IMG/VR virus record: IMGVR_UViG_2534681651_000004
Location: 1-12,923 of that record
DNA: 12,923 bases
Strand: one strand, 5' to 3'
Source: a virus
Lineage: Duplodnaviria; Heunggongvirae; Uroviricota; Caudoviricetes
In this document: positions 1 through 6,776 of the stretch, piece by piece
Layout: the number at the start of each line of letters is the position of its first letter
How positions within the stretch are numbered: the first letter of the stretch is position 1
Translations under genes and position numbers: made by a program
The notes under the pieces: generated by a model
What the model saw: the letters and a program-made list of their open reading frames with translations, nothing else
Database searches by the model: none
Told to the model about the DNA's origin: nothing

Positions 1-337
1 CTCGCTTTCAGCACCTGTCGTTTCCTTTCTTTTCAGAGGGTATTTTAAATAAAAACATTAAGTTATGACGAAGAAGAACGGAAACGCCTTAAACCGGAAA
101 ATTTTCATAAATAGCGAAAACACGCGAGGTCGCCGCCCCGTAACCTGTCGGATCGCCGGAAAGGACCCGCAAAATGATAATAATTATCATCTACATGTCA
201 CAACGTGCATCTACGCCATCAAACCACGTCAAATAATCAATTATGACGCAGGTATCGTATTAATTGATCTGCATCAACTTAACGTAAAAACAACTTCAGA
301 CAATACAAATCAGCGACACTGAATACAGGGCAACCTC

Positions 338-571
338 ATGTCAACGAAGAACAGAACCCGCAGAACAACAACCCGCAACATCCGCTTTCCTAACCAAATG
401 ATTGAACAAATTAACATCGCTCTTGTTCAAAAAGGGTCCGGGAATTTCTCAGCCTGGGTCATTGAAGCCTGCCGCCGGAGACTGTGCTCAGAAAAAAGAG
501 TTTCGCCTGAAGCAAACAAAGAAAAGAGTGACATTACTGAATTGCTCAGAAAACAGGTTAGACCAGATTGA
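338..571 (+). CDS. Small basic protein, possible ribbon-helix-helix DNA-binding protein (YnfO-like by position)
   Basis: 77-aa ORF with a basic N-terminus (TKNRTRRTTTRN) followed by IRFPNQMIEQINIALVQKGSGNFSAWVIEACRRRL, which looks like a beta-strand plus two helices (RHH). Weak Shine-Dalgarno (SD). Sits immediately upstream of the YdfO-like gene, as ynfO does in Qin. Confidence 0.45.
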   Translation: MSTKNRTRRTTTRNIRFPNQMIEQINIALVQKGSGNFSAWVIEACRRRLCSEKRVSPEANKEKSDITELLRKQVRPD

Positions 572-628
572 AGCAATTTAGATAATCGTGCAGACTACGC
601 CCCCTCATATCACATGGAAGGTACTACA

Positions 629-1039
629 ATGGCTCAGGTTGCCATTTTTAAACAAATATTCGATAAAGTGCGAAATAATTTAAACTATCACTGGTTTTAT
701 TCTGAACTAAAACGTCACAATGTCTCACATTACATTTACTATTTAGCCACAGAGAATATTCATCTTGTTCTTGAAAACGATAATACGGTTTTAATAAAAG
801 GACAGGGTAAGGTTGTAAATGTAAGATTTTCAAAAAATAAATGCCTTATAGAAGCCACCTTAAAAGGATTCAAATCAGGAGAGTTATCATTTTACGAATA
901 CAGGAAAAATCTTGCTACAGCAGGGGTTTTCAGATGGATTACAAATATCCACGAAAACAAAAGGTATTACTATACCTTTGATAATTCATTACTCTTTACT
1001 GAGAACATTCAGAACACTACACAAATATTTCCGCACTAA
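629..1039 (+). CDS. YdfO-like prophage protein (DUF1398 family, recalled)
   Basis: ORF track gives 614..1039; the ATG at 629 is preferred because GGAAGG lies about 8 nt upstream. AT-rich coding sequence. The [14 protein letters not shown]... N-terminus is recalled as Qin YdfO-like. Confidence 0.6.
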   Translation: MAQVAIFKQIFDKVRNNLNYHWFYSELKRHNVSHYIYYLATENIHLVLENDNTVLIKGQGKVVNVRFSKNKCLIEATLKGFKSGELSFYEYRKNLATAGVFRWITNIHENKRYYYTFDNSLLFTENIQNTTQIFPH

Positions 1040-1325
1040 ATCATAACGTCCGGTTTCTTCCGTGCCAGAACCGGACTCGCTGGCATGATGAAATATGTGT
1101 ACCCGGTAACCCCGGTGTGCATCGTTTTTGATTATTCCCGCACACTCGCGCAGAAGGAGTTCCCCGTCGGGCTACGGTCTCTGTTAATACGGGAATACGG
1201 CGACGATACAGCGCATGATGTGTCAGGCTTGAATACCTTTATCCTTTAAAAGGGATATCAGTTAAGTTATCCCGTGTAGGGTATAAGCCATTATCAAGCC
1301 CACCCGTAGATAGGCTTTGTAATGG

Positions 1326-1583
1326 CTACTTCGCTTTTGCTTCCGCTCGCTTACGCCGGCGCTCTTCTTTCCTCTCGGCTTTTGCCATGTCCATGAATGC
1401 CTGCATGATCGAGTTCCGCATCATGTAGCTAACAAAGTGATGATTGACACAGCCGTTGAGGCGCAGCTGCTCGCCAAACTCATCCACCGAGGCCAATGCT
1501 TCCATCATGCCCTTCTCGCCTTTCATGAACTCTGAGAAGTCGCGCCCCGCTCTGGAGGCGCATTCAATAACACGATCACTCAT
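1326..1583 (-). CDS. Hypothetical 85-aa protein with a lysine/arginine-rich C-terminus, translationally coupled to the KilA-N gene
   Basis: Its ATG (1583..1581) overlaps the TGA stop of the upstream ORF (1582..1580) as ATGA. C-terminus is KAERKEERRRKRAEAKAK. Confidence 0.5.
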   Translation of the reverse strand: MSDRVIECASRAGRDFSEFMKGEKGMMEALASVDEFGEQLRLNGCVNHHFVSYMMRNSIMQAFMDMAKAERKEERRRKRAEAKAK

Positions 1584-2077
1584 CCCGGAAGCCCGGGGAT
1601 CGTAATCTGCAGCTGGTTAGCCAGGGAGTTAATCTCAGCGACCAACACTGGCTTCGTATAGCGCCATGCCGCCAGCCCTTGTCCGCAGAAGCTCGCCATA
1701 TCTTTTTTCTGATCAAACTCATGACACTTCATATTGAGCTGTGCACTTAAGCTGTTGCGATGCTGAAGTTCTCCGGTGAAGTAGTCATCCAGGACTTTAT
1801 AGGCTGCATATTTAAATCCGGGGTTTAGCCATGCTGCATAATCATAAGCAACAAACTTCCCGCCATATGTTCCACCGTGTACACCGCGCTCAGTAAAAAC
1901 CACAGATTCGTGGTTTTTCTCCAGCTCGGCTAAGAACTCTTTGGTCTGCTTGTTTCGCAGGTAGTGGTACGGAGATTCAGATTCACTTTTACCACTGGCT
2001 TTCCACATATCAGTGAGGCAGATCATGCCATCTTCACCGATACGAATTGGTTGATTGAAGAGGGTTAATGATTTCAT
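1580..2077 (-). CDS. KilA-N domain protein (antirepressor/Bro-N-like)
   Basis: 165 aa. Motifs ICLTDMWKASGK ... LRNKQTKEFLAELEK ... HGGTYGGKFVAYDYAAWLNPGF match the KilA-N pattern (ligand-binding N-terminus, GGTW.H core, WL.P.F). Confidence 0.7.
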   Translation of the reverse strand: MKSLTLFNQPIRIGEDGMICLTDMWKASGKSESESPYHYLRNKQTKEFLAELEKNHESVVFTERGVHGGTYGGKFVAYDYAAWLNPGFKYAAYKVLDDYFTGELQHRNSLSAQLNMKCHEFDQKKDMASFCGQGLAAWRYTKPVLVAEINSLANQLQITIPGLPG

Positions 2078-2190
2078 AGCGTGTACCTACTCTTTGAAAT
2101 GAACCTTTGCCGCACAGGAAACCAGCCCACCGAGGCTCGCCAGCACTAACTGGTATCCTCAAAGGCCCATTCCAAAGGGGCAGGTTCGGT

Positions 2191-2219
2191 GTAAAAAAAA
2201 CATGCGTTGCGGTACGCAT
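2191..2219 (-). terminator. Rho-independent terminator (second of a tandem pair after Rz)
   Basis: Minus strand reads ATGCGT-ACCGCA-ACGCAT followed by GTTTTTTTT. Confidence 0.6.
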
Positions 2220-2224
2220 TTATT

Positions 2225-2249
2225 GCAAAAAAGCCCCGCATCGCGAGGC
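2225..2249 (-). terminator. Rho-independent terminator at the end of the lysis operon
   Basis: Minus strand reads GCCTCGC-GAT-GCGGGGC (7-bp stem with one G.U pair) followed by TTTTTTG, about 30 nt downstream of the Rz stop. Confidence 0.65.
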
Positions 2250-2281
2250 TCATTAAATGGACTTTGTGATTTGCAAAAAAA

Positions 2282-2734
2282 TTATTTCAGGCATTGCGTC
2301 CTGATGTACTCCTGCAGGTAGTTAACCTGCGCGGTTATCCTGTCGATTCCACTTCGGAGACGGTAATAATTGAGTTCAGCATCTGCTGTAAGTCTTGGGC
2401 TTTCTCCATCGCCCATGCTGCTGGCTCCGGTCTTTGACTTTGCACATGAGGCGGCGACTTGCAGCCGCTTACGCCCAGCAGAAACATCATCACGGAGACT
2501 TTCGATAGTCGCATTAGCATCAGCAAGCTCCTTTGTATATCTGGCATCGAGTTCTGCTACGTCACGTTGACGCTTCTGCATGTCAGCGATGATGGATGTG
2601 GCTTTGTCGCGCTGTTCTTTGTAGGTCATGGCGTTATCACGGTAATGATTAACAGCCCATGACAGGCAGACGATGATGCAGATAACCAGAGCATAAATAA
2701 TCACGGCAACTCTGCTCACTGCTCTATCCCCCAA
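2282..2734 (-). CDS. Rz: Rz i-spanin (inner-membrane spanin subunit)
   Basis: Strong similarity to lambda Rz ([34 protein letters not shown]; N-terminal TM helix, coiled-coil body). The likely true start is the GTG at 2719, which overlaps the endolysin TGA stop as GTGA; the ORF-track start at 2734 is a TTG. Confidence 0.85.
   Translation of the reverse strand: MGDRAVSRVAVIIYALVICIIVCLSWAVNHYRDNAMTYKEQRDKATSIIADMQKRQRDVAELDARYTKELADANATIESLRDDVSAGRKRLQVAASCAKSKTGASSMGDGESPRLTADAELNYYRLRSGIDRITAQVNYLQEYIRTQCLK
2335..2520 (-). CDS. Rz1: Rz1 o-spanin (outer-membrane lipoprotein spanin), embedded in the +1 frame of Rz
   Basis: Out-of-frame ORF lying wholly inside Rz. Signal peptide [20 protein letters not shown] with lipobox VSGC, then a proline-rich mature part ([16 protein letters not shown]). 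Start is chosen at an internal Met of the 70-aa track ORF; the exact start is uncertain. Confidence 0.7.
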   Translation of the reverse strand: MLMRLSKVSVMMFLLGVSGCKSPPHVQSQRPEPAAWAMEKAQDLQQMLNSIITVSEVESTG

Positions 2735-3249
2735 CAGGCTAATGCGCTCTCCTGATCACGACGAATAACCTGACCGTAACAGTTATTTGAACGAAGGCGG
2801 CAATCGCGCCCCCTGTCCTTAATCCACCAGCGAATCGCCTCGCAGGCACCTTTACGATCACCTGCATTCAGCCGCTTATAAAATGTCGACGGAAAACACT
2901 TAGCGGGGCCAATGTTATAGGGACAAAATGACGCGATACCCGCTTTTTGTGGTTCGGTCAGTGTTACTTTAATATTGCGATCCACCCATGCCAGCGCCTT
3001 ATCACGCTCAATGGCATTAACCTGATCGCATTTTTCCTTCGTCAGTGTCATGCCCGGAATAACAGGTTTACCATCTACTATCGTGGCACCGCGACAGATG
3101 GTCCATATGCCGGAACCATCGCGGTATGCCGTAGTGTGGTTACCCTCTTTTTCATCCAGAAACTGGTCAAGTATCTCAGGAGCAGATGCGCCTGCTCCAA
3201 TCAGCGCCAGAACGGCCGCTGACAGGCCGTATTTGATTTTTGCGTTCAT
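2716..3249 (-). CDS. R: SAR endolysin (phage-21 R-type lysozyme, T4-lysozyme fold)
   Basis: 177 aa. N-terminal weakly hydrophobic Gly/Ala-rich signal-anchor-release segment ([18 protein letters not shown]). Catalytic E-x8-D-x5-T triad in [16 protein letters not shown]. Confidence 0.9.
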   Translation of the reverse strand: MNAKIKYGLSAAVLALIGAGASAPEILDQFLDEKEGNHTTAYRDGSGIWTICRGATIVDGKPVIPGMTLTKEKCDQVNAIERDKALAWVDRNIKVTLTEPQKAGIASFCPYNIGPAKCFPSTFYKRLNAGDRKGACEAIRWWIKDRGRDCRLRSNNCYGQVIRRDQESALACWGIEQ

Positions 3250-3354
3250 GGATATTTATCAGGATTTATCGGTTTCTGAACCCTGGATATGTTTATCTGC
3301 CCCGGCCTGTTGAATCAGGCGGGGAAAAGGTAAATACAATCAAGAGGATTATTT

Positions 3355-3627
3355 ATGGACAATAACACCATTTCTCTACAGGAGTTGCTCGACTGCATTT
3401 CCAGGCTTCGGGATGATGTAAATGCCCTCACTGTTGCATTTTCATATCTGGCCTTATCAATTCCCAGAGAACAAATGCAACCAACACTGGCATCGCTCCT
3501 GCTTGAATCACGCAACCCCAAATGGTCCCAGGAACAACAAAATTCTTTTAAGTGGCTGGCGGCATTACTGGAAGAAAAATATGCTGGTAAAATTACCATT
3601 TCGGTGGAGTCTTCAGAAAATCAGTAA
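3355..3627 (+). CDS. Hypothetical 90-aa protein encoded antisense to the lysis operon
   Basis: Good SD (AAGAGGA, 7 nt spacer) before the ATG at 3355. Protein-like composition with a predicted helical character. Its 3' end overlaps the 3' end of the minus-strand 3593..3937 gene by 35 bp. Confidence 0.45.
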   Translation: MDNNTISLQELLDCISRLRDDVNALTVAFSYLALSIPREQMQPTLASLLLESRNPKWSQEQQNSFKWLAALLEEKYAGKITISVESSENQ

Positions 3628-3937
3628 TTCTTCCTGGTAGCTTTCCTTTGTAGGTTATCCACACATTCTGCGCCTCTAAAATTACGGGGCGCTTTTCCGG
3701 CGACTGCTCATCCCCTTCACATAACCCGGCAGCAACATCCAGGAAGACCTGTCTGATGCTCCTTCTGGCTGCAGACTCATAAAACTCCAGCGCAGCACCT
3801 TCAACACGGTTCAGCGAGATGTCCAGGTCAAAAATTTCACCGTCAAAGCGTTTTTTGTCTTGTAATGCTACAGTTACCGCAACTTTATTCTCAAAATTGC
3901 GGATCCCTTTCACAATCAGTTCATAGTCTTGGGTCAT
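3593..3937 (-). CDS. Small phage protein inserted between holin and endolysin (YdfR/DUF1327-like by position)
   Basis: 114-aa ORF with an ATG start; a GAGGAG SD lies inside the end of the holin gene. Occupies the slot between S and R where Qin-type prophages carry ydfR. Confidence 0.6.
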   Translation of the reverse strand: MTQDYELIVKGIRNFENKVAVTVALQDKKRFDGEIFDLDISLNRVEGAALEFYESAARRSIRQVFLDVAAGLCEGDEQSPEKRPVILEAQNVWITYKGKLPGRITDFLKTPPKW

Positions 3938-3941
3938 TATA

Positions 3942-4157
3942 TTACTCTCCTCTCGCAGCCTTTCTTCTGTCTTCTCTGATTTTGAAGTACAGATTTGTCA
4001 GATAAGTCAAAAAACCCAGAACCAGGCTACCCAGCACACCTATTGCTGCCCACTGTGAGGGCGTGACTTTATCGAGCAGCTGTAAAAACCAGTAGCCAGC
4101 ACTGCCTGCGGAGGTGCCGTAGGCAATGCCTGTTGAAATTTTGTCCATGGATTTCAT
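3942..4157 (-). CDS. S: Pinholin (S21-type class II holin with dual start)
   Basis: [26 protein letters not shown]...[30 protein letters not shown] is near-identical to recalled phage-21 S21. Dual-start motif M-K-S-M, with a strong GGAGGTGA SD before the ATG at 4157. The ORF-track 90-aa version (start 4214) is probably over-extended. Confidence 0.85.
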   Translation of the reverse strand: MKSMDKISTGIAYGTSAGSAGYWFLQLLDKVTPSQWAAIGVLGSLVLGFLTYLTNLYFKIREDRRKAARGE

Positions 4158-4254
4158 AGCCTCACCTCCGCACGGAACGGATGGCATAGTTATTATGTGT
4201 AGGCTTTCAGACACATCAATCAGAGCCTTAATTGATATATATGCTGGAGACGAT

Positions 4255-4283
4255 GCAATATAAAAAGCTCGCCGTAGCGAGCT
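4255..4283 (-). terminator. Rho-independent terminator closing the lipoprotein cargo block, upstream of the holin
   Basis: Minus strand reads AGCTCGC-TACG-GCGAGCT followed by TTTTTATATT. Confidence 0.65.
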
Positions 4284-4408
4284 AATAAAATGTATTTCTC
4301 TGATATTATGTTTATTTGTATTAGCTCAGACTTGACATCACAGGTTTCGTATATAGAACATCATCAAATCTGTCAGTTTGCTATGAATGAGATATAGTAA
4401 TTGAAGAG

Positions 4409-4804
4409 CTAACCTCGCATGTCAAAGCCAGATTTCTGAAAATCTCTGTAGACTTCCGGATTGTTGAAGGCCGGAAATTTGGCTTTATGAGCTGCGGACT
4501 TTATCGCTTCGCAATAGGCTTTATCACCGTTACTGGTAGATATTTTTAACGCCGTGCCATCCTGAGAGAATTCCATATGCAACCTGCATTTTTTCCCTTT
4601 CCAGTTATGCGGCTCATCAAGTTGGGCATTAATTGCAGCTCTGATTCCCCGCGCTTGCGCCCCCCATTCATCCTGATCATCCCAGCGTCCTGAACTGCAA
4701 CTACCCGTAGCAGTAGTTTTGTGGCAATCTGAAGGGTGTAAAGGTGTGCATCCCGCAACAAAACCGACCCCAAAAGTCAACATAACGATTTTCTTTAATC
4801 CCAC
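4409..4804 (-). CDS. Lipoprotein with a TolA C-terminal (domain III)-like domain, divergent paralog
   Basis: GTG start with a GAGGAG SD. Signal peptide plus lipobox VAGC (MGLKKIVMLTFGVGFVAGC). C-terminal region ...KGKKCRLHMEFSQDGTALKISTSNGDKAYCEAIKSAAHKAKFPAFNNPEVYRDFQKSGFDMRG shares the two Cys and the PEVY..FQ motif with the neighbouring paralog and with TolA domain III. Confidence 0.75.
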   Translation of the reverse strand: MGLKKIVMLTFGVGFVAGCTPLHPSDCHKTTATGSCSSGRWDDQDEWGAQARGIRAAINAQLDEPHNWKGKKCRLHMEFSQDGTALKISTSNGDKAYCEAIKSAAHKAKFPAFNNPEVYRDFQKSGFDMRG

Positions 4805-4954
4805 TTCTTGCTCCTCAATCCATTAAAATCTCAGCAATAGTAGTTGTTACGTCCGCCACTGGCTCAGAGCTGACTATCCGCTAAATTTAGCTCAGTGCCG
4901 TAGCTGTGTCAGAACAAACCTAAGCCGAAACCGTTTATTACAAAACAATAAATA

Positions 4955-5383
4955 TCAGGGTTTAAAATCCAGCACCCCATTTTGAAATACTTTATATACT
5001 TCCGGCGAAGGGGGGGCAGGTATATCAGCATTCTTTATCGCATTCATCGCTTCACGACATAAATCGAGGTCTCCACTTTCTCTTTTAACCTCCAGTAGAA
5101 GGCCATTCGGGGCCATATGCATTCTCAGTGTACACTCTTTTCCTGAATACTTACTCGCATCCCCGAACTGTTTTTCGATGGCGCTCTTGATTTGATGGGC
5201 ATACAGACGGATATCCTCACTAACATCAGAAGTACGTTCAGATGAACTCACATACTGTGTCTCTATTGCTTTATCGGAGTAATATGATGTACGGTCATGA
5301 TAATTTGTCGATACAGCATCAGTGCACCCGATAATAATCCCACTAATAATCAACATAAGAATTGATGCGCTACGAAAACCCAT
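4955..5383 (-). CDS. Lipoprotein with a TolA C-terminal (domain III)-like domain
   Basis: ATG start with a GAGGA SD. Signal peptide plus lipobox IIGC (MGFRSASILMLIISGIIIGC). C-terminus YAHQIKSAIEKQFGDASKYSGKECTLRMHMAPNGLLLEVKRESGDLDLCREAMNAIKNADIPAPPSPEVYKVFQNGVLDFKP closely matches the recalled E. coli TolA C-terminus (YAGQIKSAIESKFYDASSYAGKTCTLRIKLAPDGMLLDIKPEGGDPALCQAALAAAKLAKIPKPPSQAVYEVFKNAPLDFKP). Confidence 0.8.
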   Translation of the reverse strand: MGFRSASILMLIISGIIIGCTDAVSTNYHDRTSYYSDKAIETQYVSSSERTSDVSEDIRLYAHQIKSAIEKQFGDASKYSGKECTLRMHMAPNGLLLEVKRESGDLDLCREAMNAIKNADIPAPPSPEVYKVFQNGVLDFKP

Positions 5384-5916
5384 TTTTCCTCACATATGTC
5401 ATATAGTAAAGGATTATATATACCGTTGTTTTGGACGCTCAAACAGCGAATCAGATCAAATAAAACGCACATTTGTTAACATTTACACAAAGGCTGCGTG
5501 GAATATTCTGAAAGAATATCCATAATGTGGAGAGAATCTATTGAAGTGCATGGTGCCGGGTGCCTCCCGGTGAATTCAGTACCAGCACCTGAATCCGCGA
5601 TTATCCCATATACCTACTCGCTGATTGCCCCTCCGCACAGGGGGATTCACCATGCCAGTTTCTTTTAACAAACTCCCCGCAAACCAGAGAACAGTCAACC
5701 GCCTGAATTGTGAAGTATTTAAAAATTTCTCCCGCTAACTGATACCCGGCTAACAGTCTGGCGTTTTCTTTTTCAGCAACGGGAAAGCAACAACCACCAC
5801 ACCCGCCACCAGCACACCGTCAGCCAGCACTGACATTATCCGGCTGCTGCAATGCCATTCACAAAAACAGTAAGCAATCACTTTTTACCGTAACAGGTGA
5901 TAATCCAGATATGTAT

Positions 5917-6270
5917 CTACCCCAGATGAGTAATCCGAAGTTCATCCATACCACAGGTCCTGGCTATTCTGTTGTACTCCTGAACAAGAGCAAATAATTC
6001 TGAATTAGCAACCATGAACTCATCGCAAACCCTCTGTATAGCATCACTATTCAGAATAATAACGTCTCTTCCCGAAAGACGATCAGGAGCACAGAACAAA
6101 ACTGTCAAACGGCTGAAGGCCTTTGCTCGTGCTGCATTGACTATATCAATACGCTGCCTAAGGATGAAACACCCCGACGCCTCATCAATATTCACTCTAC
6201 CCACACCATATGAATGATAAATATTTAATGCTGAAAAAACCATTAGACCGTATAACAAACACTCAATCAA
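5917..6270 (-). CDS. Hypothetical protein (possible decayed gene)
   Basis: 117-aa ORF with a TTG start and no convincing SD; the first internal ATG (6243) also lacks an SD. Followed by about 400 bp without long ORFs. Confidence 0.35.
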   Translation of the reverse strand: MIECLLYGLMVFSALNIYHSYGVGRVNIDEASGCFILRQRIDIVNAARAKAFSRLTVLFCAPDRLSGRDVIILNSDAIQRVCDEFMVANSELFALVQEYNRIARTCGMDELRITHLG

Positions 6271-6380
6271 TACTTAACAGAACTTTTATTTTTGACAAAC
6301 ATATTATGTTTTCAACAATATCCTGAGCCAGGTATATTCCAGTATAAGGCTCTGCCGGAAGGAATCTGGAAGAATGAATA

Positions 6381-6457
6381 TGGCGCGCTGTACTGGATTC
6401 GAACCAGTGACCGATTGCTTAGAAGGCAATTGCTCTGTCCGGCTGAGCTAACAACGC
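6381..6457 (-). tRNA. tRNA-Arg (anticodon UCU, reads AGA), phage argO-like
   Basis: Reverse complement GCGTTGTTAGCTCAGCCGGACAGAGCAATTGCCTTCTAAGCAATCGGTCACTGGTTCGAATCCAGTACAGCGCGCCA folds as a cloverleaf: 7-bp acceptor stem, anticodon stem ATTGC/GCAAT, loop CTTCTAA, T-loop TTCGAATCC, encoded CCA. Confidence 0.85.
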
Positions 6458-6470
6458 TGAATACCGATAA

Positions 6471-6550
6471 TGGACCGCCATCGGGGACCCGCCCCCGCAC
6501 CAACAACCCTGTTATCGTGTCGTCTGCTCTTCCTGATAAGCTAATGGCGG
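6471..6550 (-). pseudogene. Degenerate tRNA-like element (possible argN-like remnant)
   Basis: Reverse complement CCGCCATTAGCTTATCAGGAAGAGC...CGGGGGCGGGTCCCCGATGGCGGTCCA has a perfect 7-bp acceptor stem (CCGCCAT/ATGGCGG), a D-arm (GCTT...GAGC), a T-stem and 3' TCCA. It lacks a canonical anticodon arm and has a non-consensus 6-nt T-loop. Confidence 0.45.
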
Positions 6551-6557
6551 TTTGTGA

Positions 6558-6633
6558 TGGTGGCCCTTGCTGGATTTGAACCAGCGACCTGGCGATTATG
6601 AGTCGCTCGCTCTCACCACTGAGCTAAAGGGCC
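6558..6633 (-). tRNA. tRNA-Ile2 (anticodon CAU, lysidine type; ileX/ileZ-like)
   Basis: Reverse complement GGCCCTTTAGCTCAGTGGTGAGAGCGAGCGACTCATAATCGCCAGGTCGCTGGTTCAAATCCAGCAAGGGCCACCA closely resembles recalled E. coli ileX, including the CUCAUAA anticodon loop, and has an encoded CCA. Confidence 0.8.
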
Positions 6634-6668
6634 GGGAGCAGAATAATAACGGTCCGTAATTAATTCCG

Positions 6669-6696
6669 CAATAAAAAACCCGCTCGGCGGCGGGTT
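6669..6696 (-). terminator. tR'-like rho-independent terminator downstream of pR'
   Basis: Minus strand reads AACCCGC-CGCCGA-GCGGGTT followed by TTTTTTAT, between the Q stop and the tRNA cluster. Confidence 0.7.
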
Positions 6697-6735
6697 GTAG
6701 AAACTCTTCTAACGTCAGGCATAAAAAGCCCATCA

Positions 6736-6771
6736 TTATGACGAATTTACCACAGATTCCGGAAAAATCAA
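6736..6771 (-). promoter_or_regulatory. pR'-like late promoter with probable qut/pause region
   Basis: Minus strand has TTGATT, a 16-nt spacer and TAAATT immediately after the Q stop. A -10-like CATAAT in the initial transcribed region fits a sigma70-dependent pause as in lambda pR'. Confidence 0.55.
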
Positions 6772-6776
6772 CCTTG

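Noticed and set aside
65-322. 85-aa plus-strand ORF at the left edge
   Set aside because: No SD within range and odd composition; the region contains palindromes and looks regulatory. Not excluded, but not supported.
2034-2219. 61-aa minus-strand ORF
   Set aside because: Overlaps the tandem terminator hairpins and the KilA-N upstream region; the translation is not protein-like.
2370-3313. Plus-strand track ORFs inside Rz and the endolysin (2370..2570, 2459..2662, 2947..3222, 3050..3313)
   Set aside because: Antisense shadow ORFs within strongly supported lysis genes.
3315-3599. 94-aa minus-strand ORF overlapping the plus-strand 3355..3627 gene
   Set aside because: No SD and a Ser/Cys-rich junk-like translation; the plus-strand frame has a good SD and protein-like composition, so it is preferred, with moderate confidence only.
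4546-4773. 75-aa minus-strand ORF inside the lipoprotein gene 4409..4804
   Set aside because: Alternate-frame shadow ORF; the lipoprotein frame has the signal peptide, lipobox and TolA-III homology.
4215-6380. Shiga toxin (stxAB) or another classical toxin at the Q/tRNA-to-holin cargo site
   Set aside because: The position matches where Stx phages carry stx, but the ORFs there encode lipoproteins and a hypothetical protein; no A/B toxin-like ORF pair is present.
6292-6579. Track ORFs 6292..6579 (+) and 6312..6506 (-)
   Set aside because: They overlap the tRNA cluster; the open frames are artefacts of structured RNA genes.
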